A stretch of 56,866 nt of DNA, counting the filler, from Sphacelaria rigidula (Eukaryota), in NCBI GenBank assembly GCA_964200075.2. It is 6 parts of 6 records of this genome, joined end to end, with 100 filler letters (N's around TTAATTAATTAA, not from the genome) between each part and the next. Parts side by side here need not be neighbours in the genome. Positions count along the whole stretch, not along the records: positions 9,497 to 18,891 come from CAXNAA020008598.1; positions 18,992 to 28,385 come from CAXNAA020008599.1; 4 more parts are not named here. The stretch is one strand, 5' to 3'. This document shows, piece after piece, positions 11,374 through 22,446 of this stretch. The position numbers and the translations under genes are program-made. The notes beneath the pieces were generated by a model, which was not told where the DNA came from, ran no database searches, and saw only the letters and a list, made by a program, of their open reading frames with translations. Position 1 is the stretch's first letter; every line of letters begins with the position of its first letter.

Positions 11374-14300
11374 GTCTCCCCCCCCCCGAAAAAAACAAAA
11401 GGTACGGATCTGTGTATGAAGGCGCAGTGGATCACCTCTTTCGCAACAGCAACCTTACGGCGAACGATAAATTTTTGGACATCGGGTGCGGCATCGGCTC
11501 CATCGTGTTGCAGGCTGCAGCCTGGGCGGGGTGTCAGGCAGCGGTAAGATGTCGCCGTTTTCCAGTACAACGGAGGGTCCCCGTGCTGTGTAGAGGATGA
11601 TCAGTTCGATGCGACCGCACCTTGTTGGGACCCCCTCTGTACGTTGATCGAAAACCATGTGAGCGATTTTTTTTGTCGTTGTTGCTAGAAAATTGGAAGT
11701 GGGTCGGGTTCGTCATATGCCACCTTGGTCGCAGGGTACTACGTGAAAATATGCGGTTCATGACTGAACTCGAGAAACTGTGAAATTGTTACTGTTGACG
11801 GCGATACGAGTATGTTTCGAGGATAGGACGAATCATCGCCGGCCCGAATAACCAAATCTACGATTCCTGAGGCCTGCTCCATCGAACAGAGAGGAGGACG
11901 TTGAACACGGGTCAACAACATATCCATGCAATATTTTGAACTATTCCACGTGCCTGTAGCGGGAGTGCTTCGTGAGAAATGATGAAAGCAAAGCCAAGGG
12001 ATTCACACGACGGACAGATCATGATCTGTCTGATGAAACCAATCAAGGAAGAGTGTTGAATTCGTTGGCCCAAAAACCAAAAATATGTGACCGCGGAGTC
12101 ACGAAAACCATGGCACAATCTTTGCGCTACTCGGCGTGCCCGGCGTCCGGCGCGGTCAGGGACGAACATGGAAAAGTATGGTAGGATGATCCGGGTCATG
12201 ATCCGGATCAGTATACCAAGAAGTCTTTTTCAGACGGATCGTGATGTGTCCGACGTGTGCAAGGATTGATTCGCACGGTACTAATCACTCTAAAATCAAG
12301 TCACTTTTCAGACGAACCATCATTTGCCCGACCCTCGGTATGTTTGCGGCTGTTCGTTACTATTCCCCAAGAGGGTAGCACGTTCGTAGTGGGTGAGGCA
12401 TCGGAGTGAGGAGGGGGTGGATGTTCGCTGACTGGTTGATGGCTTAATTGGTCGATCGGTGAATTGTCGCTCATGAGCTGGTCCGGGAAGACCTCCCCTA
12501 ATCCGTGAGAGAAGTCGAGAAAAAGGGCAACGTCGAAACTGTGATCGCTTTTCATTGTGAAGCGACAGCAGAAACCGTTCCTACTATGTACGATGCGAAG
12601 TTATGGTTGTTGGAGAATGACCTTGGACACTTCCAGTGACGTCGCAAAGGCAGGCGCTGGCGGCTGTGAAACAAACCAAACAGACACATTGTTCCAGGTG
12701 TGTAGACGGGAGATTGTGTGGAGAGATGCCGCTTGCAGGCAAGAAAGTATTTGAACGACCCACTGTGCTGTGCAGTCTGGAGAGGAACGAATTAGATGGT
12801 GATCATGGTCTCGCGACATCTACATCGCTATTTCGCAGCATCACGCACTTGTCATGTATATGCTCTATGATGATGCTGCTGTGGTCATCCTCCGAACTCG
12901 CACACCACACCACGTCACGAAGCGTTGTGTTCCTGAGCTCTGAATCCTCATATCTCTACATCATTTTTTGCGCACCGCTCTGAGCAACTGGACACATGGG
13001 TGCGAACTCGTCCTGAGGAAGGGGAGTGAGACGAATAGCCGACGCAGTAATATGCGCACTCTGGACAAACGATTCTCTTGTAAAAAATTACCGCGTACAC
13101 TACAGAATCTTTTGTCTGTTTCCACAGGCGCAATAGTTGATACTTTACGCAGTACAAGTTTCGACTGTGTATTCTTTTGTCCAGGGTATGGTTATATGCG
13201 GAAAAATCCAGCGTCTATCTGTGGCCGTCGGCGCTCAAGGGTCAAAACGTGTGTTGGCTTGCTCCCCACACGTGGATGCAGCGGGTATGGAGGAGTCTAG
13301 TGATTCGAGCAAACGTCGAAAAATAACCCAGTAAAACACTGCGTTTTTGGCTGCATGCACAGGGTACCGTGACGCAAGCGAACACAAACTGCGCACAGAT
13401 GATACCATCACACAAAATCGCGGCTAGACAAAAACGACCGAAGTCCTCGCACCGCGTTCTAATGCCATTAATTTACCCTCCACTTCTTTTTTGTTCTATG
13501 TTGTGTCCCCCCACCCCACCCCCTGCTCCGGTGCCTGGGGTACGCGGGTGCTTTTTGTTCTCCGCTGTATGTCACCGTTGATGAAAAAGGGAATTGAGAT
13601 CGTGAACGACAGGTATGGCGGAGCGGTCAAGCTCCACGACTCGCTCAATAAGGTGCTCAGCGCCGATCCAGATCTAGGACGCCTGCTTCACGCGGACGTG
13701 GTGAAGAACAAAGTTCACCTCATCAAGGTAAGAGTGGCCGACGCTGAGGGCGGGATGGGGATGAGGGCTGATGTTCTTGTTGTAGGTTTGGGTGGGGCAA
13801 AGTGACGGACGAGCTGGGCCGGCTTTGAACTTGCAGAAATTTCCACCGAACACATCTCGAGAATCGCGGCGATATATCACCAATTAAACATGTCTTTGCC
13901 ATATGAAGAACGCCACGTGTGTGGTCCGACTGCTCTTGATGTGCTCAGGAGCTTTCATACATATTAAACAAAAGCTGGTGTGCCGAAATACAATGAATCA
14001 AGTACACGGCGAAATCACGGTATAATAATCAGACTGTCACTATTAGGATGGAGGGAGCGTGGGTTCGATCCCGGCCTTGTGGCTTCTCGGTTACGTACAG
14101 CACGTGCCCAATATATCTGCAAAGAGAAGAGTGCCAGCCGGCGATTCTGCCACGCATGAAGTAAGGGTTGGACAAATTAATGATTAGTCCGAAAATTACT
14201 CGATTTTATGGTAGTTGATTCGTACCGTACGAATCAATCCTTCGACTTTGTTTTCAGCGTTGAAACCCAGGTACGCGCAGCCCGCTAACGTGGAATGGCG

Positions 14301-17300
14301 CAAAGATTGCGTCGATACCTCTTCGACCAGCGGCCAACTTCTTTTCTTTTTTTTAGCAGTCAGGTCTGAAAAATCGTGGATTTGGTGATTCGAACCGGCG
14401 ATGATCCGTTCGAACCGTGCATGATAAGTGATGATCTGATAATGAAATGTTCTGACGTATGCTCAACGTGAGGTTACATACCCACTGGATCGGTAGCATC
14501 GCCATGCACGAGTCCCAGATCACCACAAGGTGCGTTGGGCTTTCTGTACGAGACGTTGCGACGCCTTGGCCTCCACGCGTCTCCTCTCGGAACAACATTA
14601 TTGCGGGACCTTTCTGGTGCCGAATAAGGTGCAACATACTTGCGTGAGTTGCAGAAAGGCATGGTACATCGCAGAGGGGGGAGCCTGCGATTTTGCCACG
14701 TAACGTACGATGGCTTTAATGGGACGATGAAGTTCCTTCACTAATTATGTTTTGGATGGAGGCGTGGTAGCTACGGGGGTGCCGCGTGTAGCACAGAAAG
14801 AAGAGTGCACCTCGTGGGGGTTTAGGACTTATGCATGCCGATGCTGCCGACCCCGTGGGTATCCTCACGCTGGGCATACGTGATGGCAATTCATTGCCCC
14901 ATCATAGCTGTCGTGCGTGGCAGAATTGTCGGCACGATCCTGCTGGCGAATTTGGGGCACGTGCTACACTCAACCTCATGTATTATCTACCCACGTTTTT
15001 TTCTTTCTTGTCCTACTCTAAACCCCTCCCCTTCCTCTCATGACGAGTCCATGGTCCCGAGGGATCAACCCATCTCACTTCATGCCCTCACGCTTCTCAC
15101 GCTTTCGCCGGTGGAAATGATATACTTTAAAGAAAAAACGACACTTTTCACGGGCATTGAAGCTACGTTTTGTCCACCCTAATGGTGACAGTCTGGTCAT
15201 TGGAACACCGGGGCGCACCGCTGGTATGATGGCGCGAAAATGAAGATGCGTGGCGCAACGTTCGGAGTTTCGGGGTAACAATTTCACCCCAGATGAACAA
15301 CACCTAGGCCTACCCTGTCAAAGCGATCTTGGAGGGTGACTCCTGAGTGCGGGCGACTACACGTGCGGTTGTTACAAAGCATTTGGATGAACCTTGAAAA
15401 GAAGGTGTGGTCTAATCTCTGAGGGGGAGGGAAAATATCCGAATTTTGTGTCACTATTGCAGTGGACGTTGAACCAAGAGATTGGCCACCCTGATAGCAA
15501 CCGGAGAAGAAGTTGTGTCGTTTAATTTTGTATGAAATATGTTTTTGTGACTTATCATGATAGGGATGCTTCTTGGAGCAGTGGGAACAGCCGGAGGTGA
15601 AGAACGCGAACTGGATCTTCTTCAACAACAGCAGCGGCTGGTTCAACAATAGCAAGTCTCTGGTGAGAGCGAGCATGATGGGAAAAGACATGGTGCAGAA
15701 GGGTAACGCTCATCGAAAGTGCAAGCAGCATGAGTGTCTGCACTCGAAAATTTCCCGCTCGGTCGTCCGGCGTTTTCTGTGATTTTTGGCTGATATTTGC
15801 GAAGGCCATGGAACGCCCACAAACCATGGACGAAAAGTGAGTCACTCCGTTTGACCACGAGCTGGGCCAGCTTAAATGCTGCTAAAATCTGCTCACACCA
15901 CAGCTTCCCCAGTTTCTCGAATGAACCCGATGTAAGCATACCACTGTGAAGTGTAGACCAACCTGGTGACACGGCACCGCCGCTGAGTGAAAGAAAAATG
16001 AAAAAAATATGTACTGCATAATGTATGACCTCCATGACGGACGAAAAAAAGAGAATCTGTCGGGATTCGAACTCATGACATCCATAATTGGAGTCTTCCA
16101 TTACTTGATTTATAGGGATGCAGCAGCGTCACGGAAAATGTTGAACGCACGGCCCAATCCGACGAGTCTTGAGCTGAAATTCCAGGAAGACCTTCTGCAC
16201 CCAAGAAATTAATACTTCATCAGTCCAGCTGCAGATTCTTCATTTTTTCCTGTACTCTGGCATTATCTTTGTTTTTGCAAAAATTTCATATGTCCGTTTT
16301 TTTTTTTTCTTTGCTGGTCCCATGATCTTTTGCATTTCGATCATGAACAGCTGCTGTCAAGATTTCAGCGTCCAACTTCTAATGTCGCACCGTGCGTCTC
16401 CTGAGCGAGATTCACACCTACTCTTGGCTGGCCCAGCTCGTATGCTCGTCTGAAAAGCAAAATTAAAGCTGCACTGAATCTCCCGTCGTGCGGCTTGGAA
16501 ACCGCAAGTGTAGCAGCATTGGATACAGAATCCTATCACTTGTTGGCGTACGGAGCCATGAAAACGCGTGGCGTGGTCAACCGAAACGTTCCAGAATATG
16601 CACATTGCACACAAATCGGCGCCGTGTATATGTGTCACGTGTTTGTGGGGTGTGCCCCAACAGTGAACCATAACTCATCCGATCTTAATGGTGGAATTGT
16701 GGCAGGATCGCGAACAAGCGTGAAATACCCAGTTCGAAAGTGTCCGGTCTGTAGTTGTGGTTGAGAAAAGCAAAAATGGCGGTGCCCTTTTTTATGTTCA
16801 GACAAGTGAACAAGACCTCGACCGTGCTCGGTATATCACCGGGCACACTGGGGTCCTGGCCTCGTGCTGTGGGTTGCTACCTCGGCATGACCGCACTATG
16901 CTGGGCCCCCGCCCTTGGGAGGGAAGGTTCTGTGGTTAGACCCCAACTGTACTCAGAAGTAACGGCCAGCCAGTGCCGTTACATGCGTCGCAAGTTTGTA
17001 ATTAAGAGCGAACTATTTCGCCCTCAGCACCGGCTTGATCCGAAGGGTTCACGGTCAAGACAAATCACCACGACTCAAAATCACCAAATTCACGATTTCT
17101 TCTGCCTGATTGCCCAAAAGGGAGGAAGAAGTTGATCGCTGGTCCAAGGAGTATCCACGCAACTTCTGCGTCATTCCACGTGTCTGAGCTGCGTATACCT
17201 GGGTTGCAACGCTGAAATAAAGCCTAGGGATTGATTCGTCATTCGTCACGAGTCGACTCATCTTACTAAAGCCAAGTAATTTTCAGACGAATCATTATTT

Positions 17301-18228
17301 GTCTAACCATTGGAAGGTTTGATAGCGTCAACCCTTGAAACAGATGCGCTTCCAAAACTTCTCACTCGAGATCATTTCTATTAGAATCTACGCCCAAAAT
17401 TTTGTCGACATTGATCCTTCACCTGCCATCAAAATGCATGCGGGAGTGGCCTGGTATGTCAAAGCAAATCTATCCAGATCAACAGCTGGAACCCCCCCCC
17501 CCCAACCCACCACAACCCACCCAAGAGGCCCCGCACCCCCCCGGAGNNNNNNNNNNCAAAAAAATGCAGGGGGGAGTGGCCGGGTATGTAAAAGAAAATC
17601 TATCCAGATCAACAGCTGGAACCCCCCCCCCCAAAAAAAAAAAAAAAAAACCAGTTTGGCTGCGCTCAGCTCCGGTTCCAAGAGGGGTTATGAGGCCCAT
17701 TCGATGTTCACATTTTCGATGGTTTCAATTTTTCCCCCCTCTGTTTCCCCCCTCATGAGTACACCCTCTGTCTTGTGTGTGACTCATTTTCTGCTACGAT
17801 TTCAATGTGCTCAGAACAACCCTGACGAGACTTCTCTGGAGGCGCGGCTGCTCAATAAGCTGAAGAACGACCCCTCCAACAATGGCAAGATTCTCGTGAC
17901 CCTGGAGCACATTGCCGAGTGGCAGCCCAGCTGCTGGGAGAGGAGGTCTTACAAATATCAGTGGTGAGTGGTAAACTTTCAACTTGGTAGGTGGATGAGG
18001 GGGGAGGGGGGTGTATTTTGAAAGTTTGGTGCGTTTTCGTATTGACCACTTGCTTGTGAGAGGGATGTCCTGGAAGGTGCTCGCGTCCACCGCCTAGCCC
18101 CGTGTGCTAACCCAGCTTTTCGGCTTTTCCCTTGTCTCTCTTTTTCTCTTTGTACGTGCGCCAGCGACGGGCGGCAACAAGCTGCGGCTACCTACGCCGC
18201 TAGTGAGCTTGAATTCTGGGAGTACAAG
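10089..18228 (+). CDS. DOT1: DOT1-family histone H3K79 methyltransferase (partial, spliced; 5' end and probably 3' end not in contig)
   Basis: Exons 10089-10223, 11402-11543, 13590-13727, 15564-15662, 17815-17963 and 18165-18228 all have AG/GT borders and matching phases (2,0,0,0,2). The joined protein reads ...TAMYGSVYEGAVDHLFRNSNLTANDKFLDIGCGIGSIVLQAAAWAGCQAAGIEIVNDRY...VHLIKGCFLEQWEQPEVKNANWIFFNN...LEARLL...ILVTLEHI...AATYAASELEFWEYK. It shows the DOT1 motifs in order: YG(E/S), DLGSGxG-like motif I plus VLQAA, post-I GIEI, GxF and IFxNN. Confidence 0.88.
10730..10986 (+). mobile_element. ~260-bp MITE-like repeat (family B)
   Basis: Imperfect TIRs agggtcggacga...gtccgaaccgt. Copies at 5173-5432(-), 11815-11970 plus 12260-12335 (-, split by an insertion), 14163-14418(+), 17043-17310(-) and 36920-37190(+). 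Confidence 0.75.
15858..16442. mobile_element. MITE with TIR CGAGCTGGGCCAGC...GCTGGCCCAGCTCG(TA) (family C, possibly Tc1/mariner-type)
   Basis: 14-bp inverted termini with TA at the right end. The internal sequence is homologous to 39895-40449. Isolated termini occur near 13810, 33515 and 37556. Confidence 0.7.
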
Positions 18229-18891
18229 GTGCGTGCGTTGGTGGGAGACTCCGGGGTTTCGGTATACCGCACATTGGAGAAGGGAGGATCAAAACATTTC
18301 GCGTACGCAACCACGTACCTGCCGTACCCCCTCAAGAAGTCCTCCGGTAGACGCGACTGCATCGATGACATGCGATGCCACGCTGACCATTGACATACCC
18401 CTCCTAGGCATGAAGATACGTGCTGGGGTTGACTGCCGCGCCGTGAGGGTTTGTCGTCTATACTACGCACGTTGGTCATCATGGTACTAGTGTAGTGCGT
18501 GGGAAAAGTTGCCCCCAACTCTAGCCTAGAATCTTCCCCATGATATCGTTCCACCTGATGTAGTGGCTTCAAGCGTAGTTAGCACTTGTTCGACAAGGTT
18601 TGCTGCATATGAGCCTCGCAGCCTCCACTGGCACTCGTTTTTGTGAACCCAACCACTCCACTTGTCAAAGAGTCACAGATGGACGTCCGTTTATTTCGTG
18701 GTGAAATTGGCCGTGACCGCCTACTGCGACGTGTACGCCTAGCTAGCTAGCGTCCATTCCTTTTGTTGTCAGTAAGTGCAAGGGGCCCTGCCATTTGTAG
18801 GTTGTGACCACCCCCCCCCCGCAATCCCCTAAGTCAGCCAATAGCGACAAGAAACATAAAAAACAGACTCAGAAGAACAAGCACAGAACAA

Positions 18892-18991
18892 NNNNNNNNN
18901 NNNNNNNNNNNNNNNNNNNNNNNNNNNNNNNNNNNTTAATTAATTAANNNNNNNNNNNNNNNNNNNNNNNNNNNNNNNNNNNNNNNNNNNN
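18892..18991. other. Artificial contig linker
   Basis: N44-TTAATTAATTAA-N44. Confidence 0.98.
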
Positions 18992-19736
18992 GTATCGCCA
19001 CTTCCCGAGACAGCCACAGCTTATACACTGCCTCATGGGTGTCTCACCACACCATCGTTGAGAGTGGGGGGGGGACACCCATGAAGCAGTGTATAAACCG
19101 TGGTTGTCTCTGGGAATGGCGATACCAGAAAAAGAAGCAACTCATTGTAGGCTGTCGTCCGAATGCAAGATAATCGGTAGTTTTCGGGCCGAACAATCTG
19201 AGCAGGACGCGGCTCACCCTTCATGCGACTCGCTGAACACACCACGGCGCTTCGCGCTCGGTGATTGAGTGTTAGCCTGGTCCGGCAAAAATCCGGCGTG
19301 CTCCGTCCTGGCTTTCTAGGGATGCGAGATCAATGGTGTCATGACTATGGTGTGGATGATAATGAGTACACCCCCCCCTCCCACCACCCCCTTCACCCCA
19401 AATTCAACTCCATCAATACTCACAACCCCAAGTCAGCCCAAGAACGGTTCAGATCATTTTTTATGACTTCGGCGGTAAGAATTGCAAAGCAAGTGAACCA
19501 GTTGACCAGTTGCCCTCATATTTGTTTTCCAGAGCACACTTGCCGATAGCAAGCATGCTGAGGTTCAAAGTTGCATGGCAAAACATCCATCCTTCGACTC
19601 CTGGCACACGACGCTGGAGCAGCACGGAGTGGATATTGCCTCCCTTGAAGCTATTCCGGAGAGCAGTCAACGCCGTGTATAGTTCGATGAGCCCGTTCTC
19701 ACACTACGGTGGCTACTAAACATGTCCAGATATACG

Positions 19737-19740
<4 letters not shown>

Positions 19741-19797
<57 letters not shown>
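19741..19797. repeat. (CA)n microsatellite
   Basis: Seen directly. Confidence 0.97.
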
Positions 19798-19798
<1 letters not shown>

Positions 19799-19829
19799 AC
19801 TGTTTGTTTGCTGTTCGTTCCGTCTGCAG

Positions 19830-20574
19830 GCATGGTGAGGCCTGCAATGATTTTGGTCACAAGGCCAAAGGGCAAGACTCAGAATGCAAGGCCGCAGATG
19901 TCTTTCTCCGACGGCCGTTTTGGAATCCGTACTATTCTCACGACGGGAGAGGAGGGGATCCGGCTGCAAATGTGGACATCGCTGAACCTCCATTCAGCTG
20001 TGACGATTCACGCACCGTCCCACGGCCCCAGCAGGCGTGGCCACTAGTTCATGATGACAGCAATATAACGGATTGCGAAGCAAGAGCGAGGGAAAAGCAT
20101 GACGGTGCTAATGAAGAGAAGCCTGGTGAATTGAAATCCAGCGACGGCAACACGACTTGCGAAAATACTGTTGAGAACAACTCGTCATGGACGAGATCCT
20201 GTGCGGAGCACGCTCATCTAGCTGCGTCGAGTAGTGCCGACAGTGCGCACACCCTCCGCAAAATCGAAGAGGGTAAACAACCGCAACAGAGCAGAAGGCC
20301 GGTGCCCCAACGCCGATTCACCTCCAACGCGTTGGCGCCTCCGCTGAGATTGGAAATTCCACCGTTGTTGGTAAATAATGATGGTCATGTCGTGGCCGGC
20401 AAAGTACCCCGCCACTCAAACCCCGGGGGAGAAAGGCGGGAGGGGCAACTGGCGGCGCACCATGCTGGGGGAAAGAATACCTCCAACGCGGCCGCGCCCA
20501 GTGAATCGTCGGCGTTCTACAACTCTCTTGATGACGAGGAATGGATACACGTGAGTTTTGAGTTGTCCGTGTAG
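19830..20574 (+). CDS. Probable terminal coding exon of an unknown gene (disordered, acidic/Ser-rich C-terminus)
   Basis: A pyrimidine-rich acceptor ...ttccgtctgcAG ends at 19829, just after a (CA)n tract. It is followed by a 745-nt open frame ending AFYNSLDDEEWIHVSFELSV-TAG. No recognisable domain. Confidence 0.45.
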
Positions 20575-22446
20575 CACGGCGTACTTCTGGGCGTTGGTAC
20601 GTACACCGTATGCAAAATAAAGGTACATCCTGCAAATGCAGAAGAGCAGTAGAAGCTCTGTCTTGACTCTCTTCTGAAACTCGATTGGCGGACGGCATCG
20701 TTCATTCCTCCTTGCGTGTGCCCCTGGAGCAGTATGTTCCATCATTCGAAGCTACAAAATACTGTAGATATGCAGTGCAGTGTATTCTTGAGAAAGTGTC
20801 GCTCAGCACACACGGTGTATGAATTTTCCGTAAACACGGTGTGGCGGCAGCGACATTGAGAGGTATATATCGAAGCATTACGCGAACCGTTAGCGCCTGG
20901 ATCCTCCAGGATTGCACACGGACTTCTGATTGATTGGTTGATCGGTCGTCGCACTCTAACTGATTCCCCAGGAGTCGTGATCCAGCCGCTGTCATCATCC
21001 GCATGATAGACGTACCTGAGACAAAGACAAAACTGAAAGACTCGCTGAAGAAGAAGAAAAATAATCAGAAAAGGTACCGAACATTGTTCTATTGGTCGGT
21101 CGTTCACATATTCAAAGTTCGGTGGTCATCATCTATGTGGCTGTGCTTGTGGCCTGTGGTGAACATTTTTTGTGTTCGTTAATGTGGCGGCAATCGCTTG
21201 TACTCCGACGGGGGGACACTTTTTTCCATTCGCCGTTGGGGTAAGGCTCCAACCGTCGATACCTGCATCGAGTAAACACCTCTCGTCAGGGGCGGCTGCC
21301 TAGCAGATCGCTTTTTTTTTGCTTCATGACTTAAGGGCACCAGGACAAGTGATTCGGTACGAAACTAAATAATGAGATATTTCCCTTTTTTTTTCTACCC
21401 GAAAAACAATGAAGTTGCAGACGAAAATGGAACCGACAGCGGCGAGACGACTGCGAGTAGAGCTTTTGATCAATACCTGGTTTGTGCTGTGAATTGTCAC
21501 CCCCACACGATCTAAACAACCTGAAAAAATTGAATGTCGGTTCTACTTGGTCATCATCTGTTTTTACTCTATTCTCTCGACAACCGCAACTTATACAGTA
21601 GAGCCGGTATCATGCTCTCAACACGCATATGGGGCGATAGAATCGTGGCCCAATACACGTGAAAATTATATGCTATGATGTACAAATGAATCATCGAGAT
21701 CGTGTTCCCTGCTTACTCCCCTACCATCTGCAGACCGGGCACACGCGAGGTAGCTCAAGATGCGCCCCGGGACTTGTGTCACCCACAGTCGTTTTTGCTT
21801 TTGCTTGTTCAGGCCTAAAAACAAATGTCTCGGAAGTTTCACCACAATATTCGGGGCAGACAGCCGTCTCGACAACAATCACTGATGTCTTTTGTTTTGA
21901 TTTTTTCATATTTGATCAGAGATTACGCTGTTGGGCGCTATTTTGGTGAAGCGATTTGCGCCACTGTAATTTTCATGAGAAGGCGACGGTTTGTATAGGA
22001 AATTAGTGCAAGATCATAAAACAAGAAAAGTAACGGCTGGCACATTTAGTATTGCAACCTAGCTCGTGAGTCATCACTCTCTCGGCCGGTCATTCATGCT
22101 TTGAGTGTGTTTGATGCTTACCCGTGCGATCATTATTTGTTTCTGTGGGAATCCGTGTACAGGTGTGATAGAGTGGCATAGGATGTGTCAGATCACAGCG
22201 GTGGCCCGGCATGGCCTACTTTGTGTGTGTGTATATATATATGTACTCAACTCTTCGACTTCTTCAGCGAGTGCTTCCAGTTGGTTTACCTTGGACAGGT
22301 CTATTTTGGGAATTGTGGATAATGACCATGGCGGGGTCCGTCGGGGATCAGTGAACATACAACAACCAACCAACCAACCAACCAATCATTCAGTCAATCA
22401 ACCAATCGCCATTATCCCGCGTGTGCCACTGTACGGGCCAGCGCAG

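Noticed and set aside
17430..17650. Tandem duplication flanking a 10-N gap
   Set aside because: The same ~70 bp occurs on both sides of the gap next to homopolymer runs, typical of unmerged low-quality read ends. The same pattern appears at 45740-45950 and 50990-51270.
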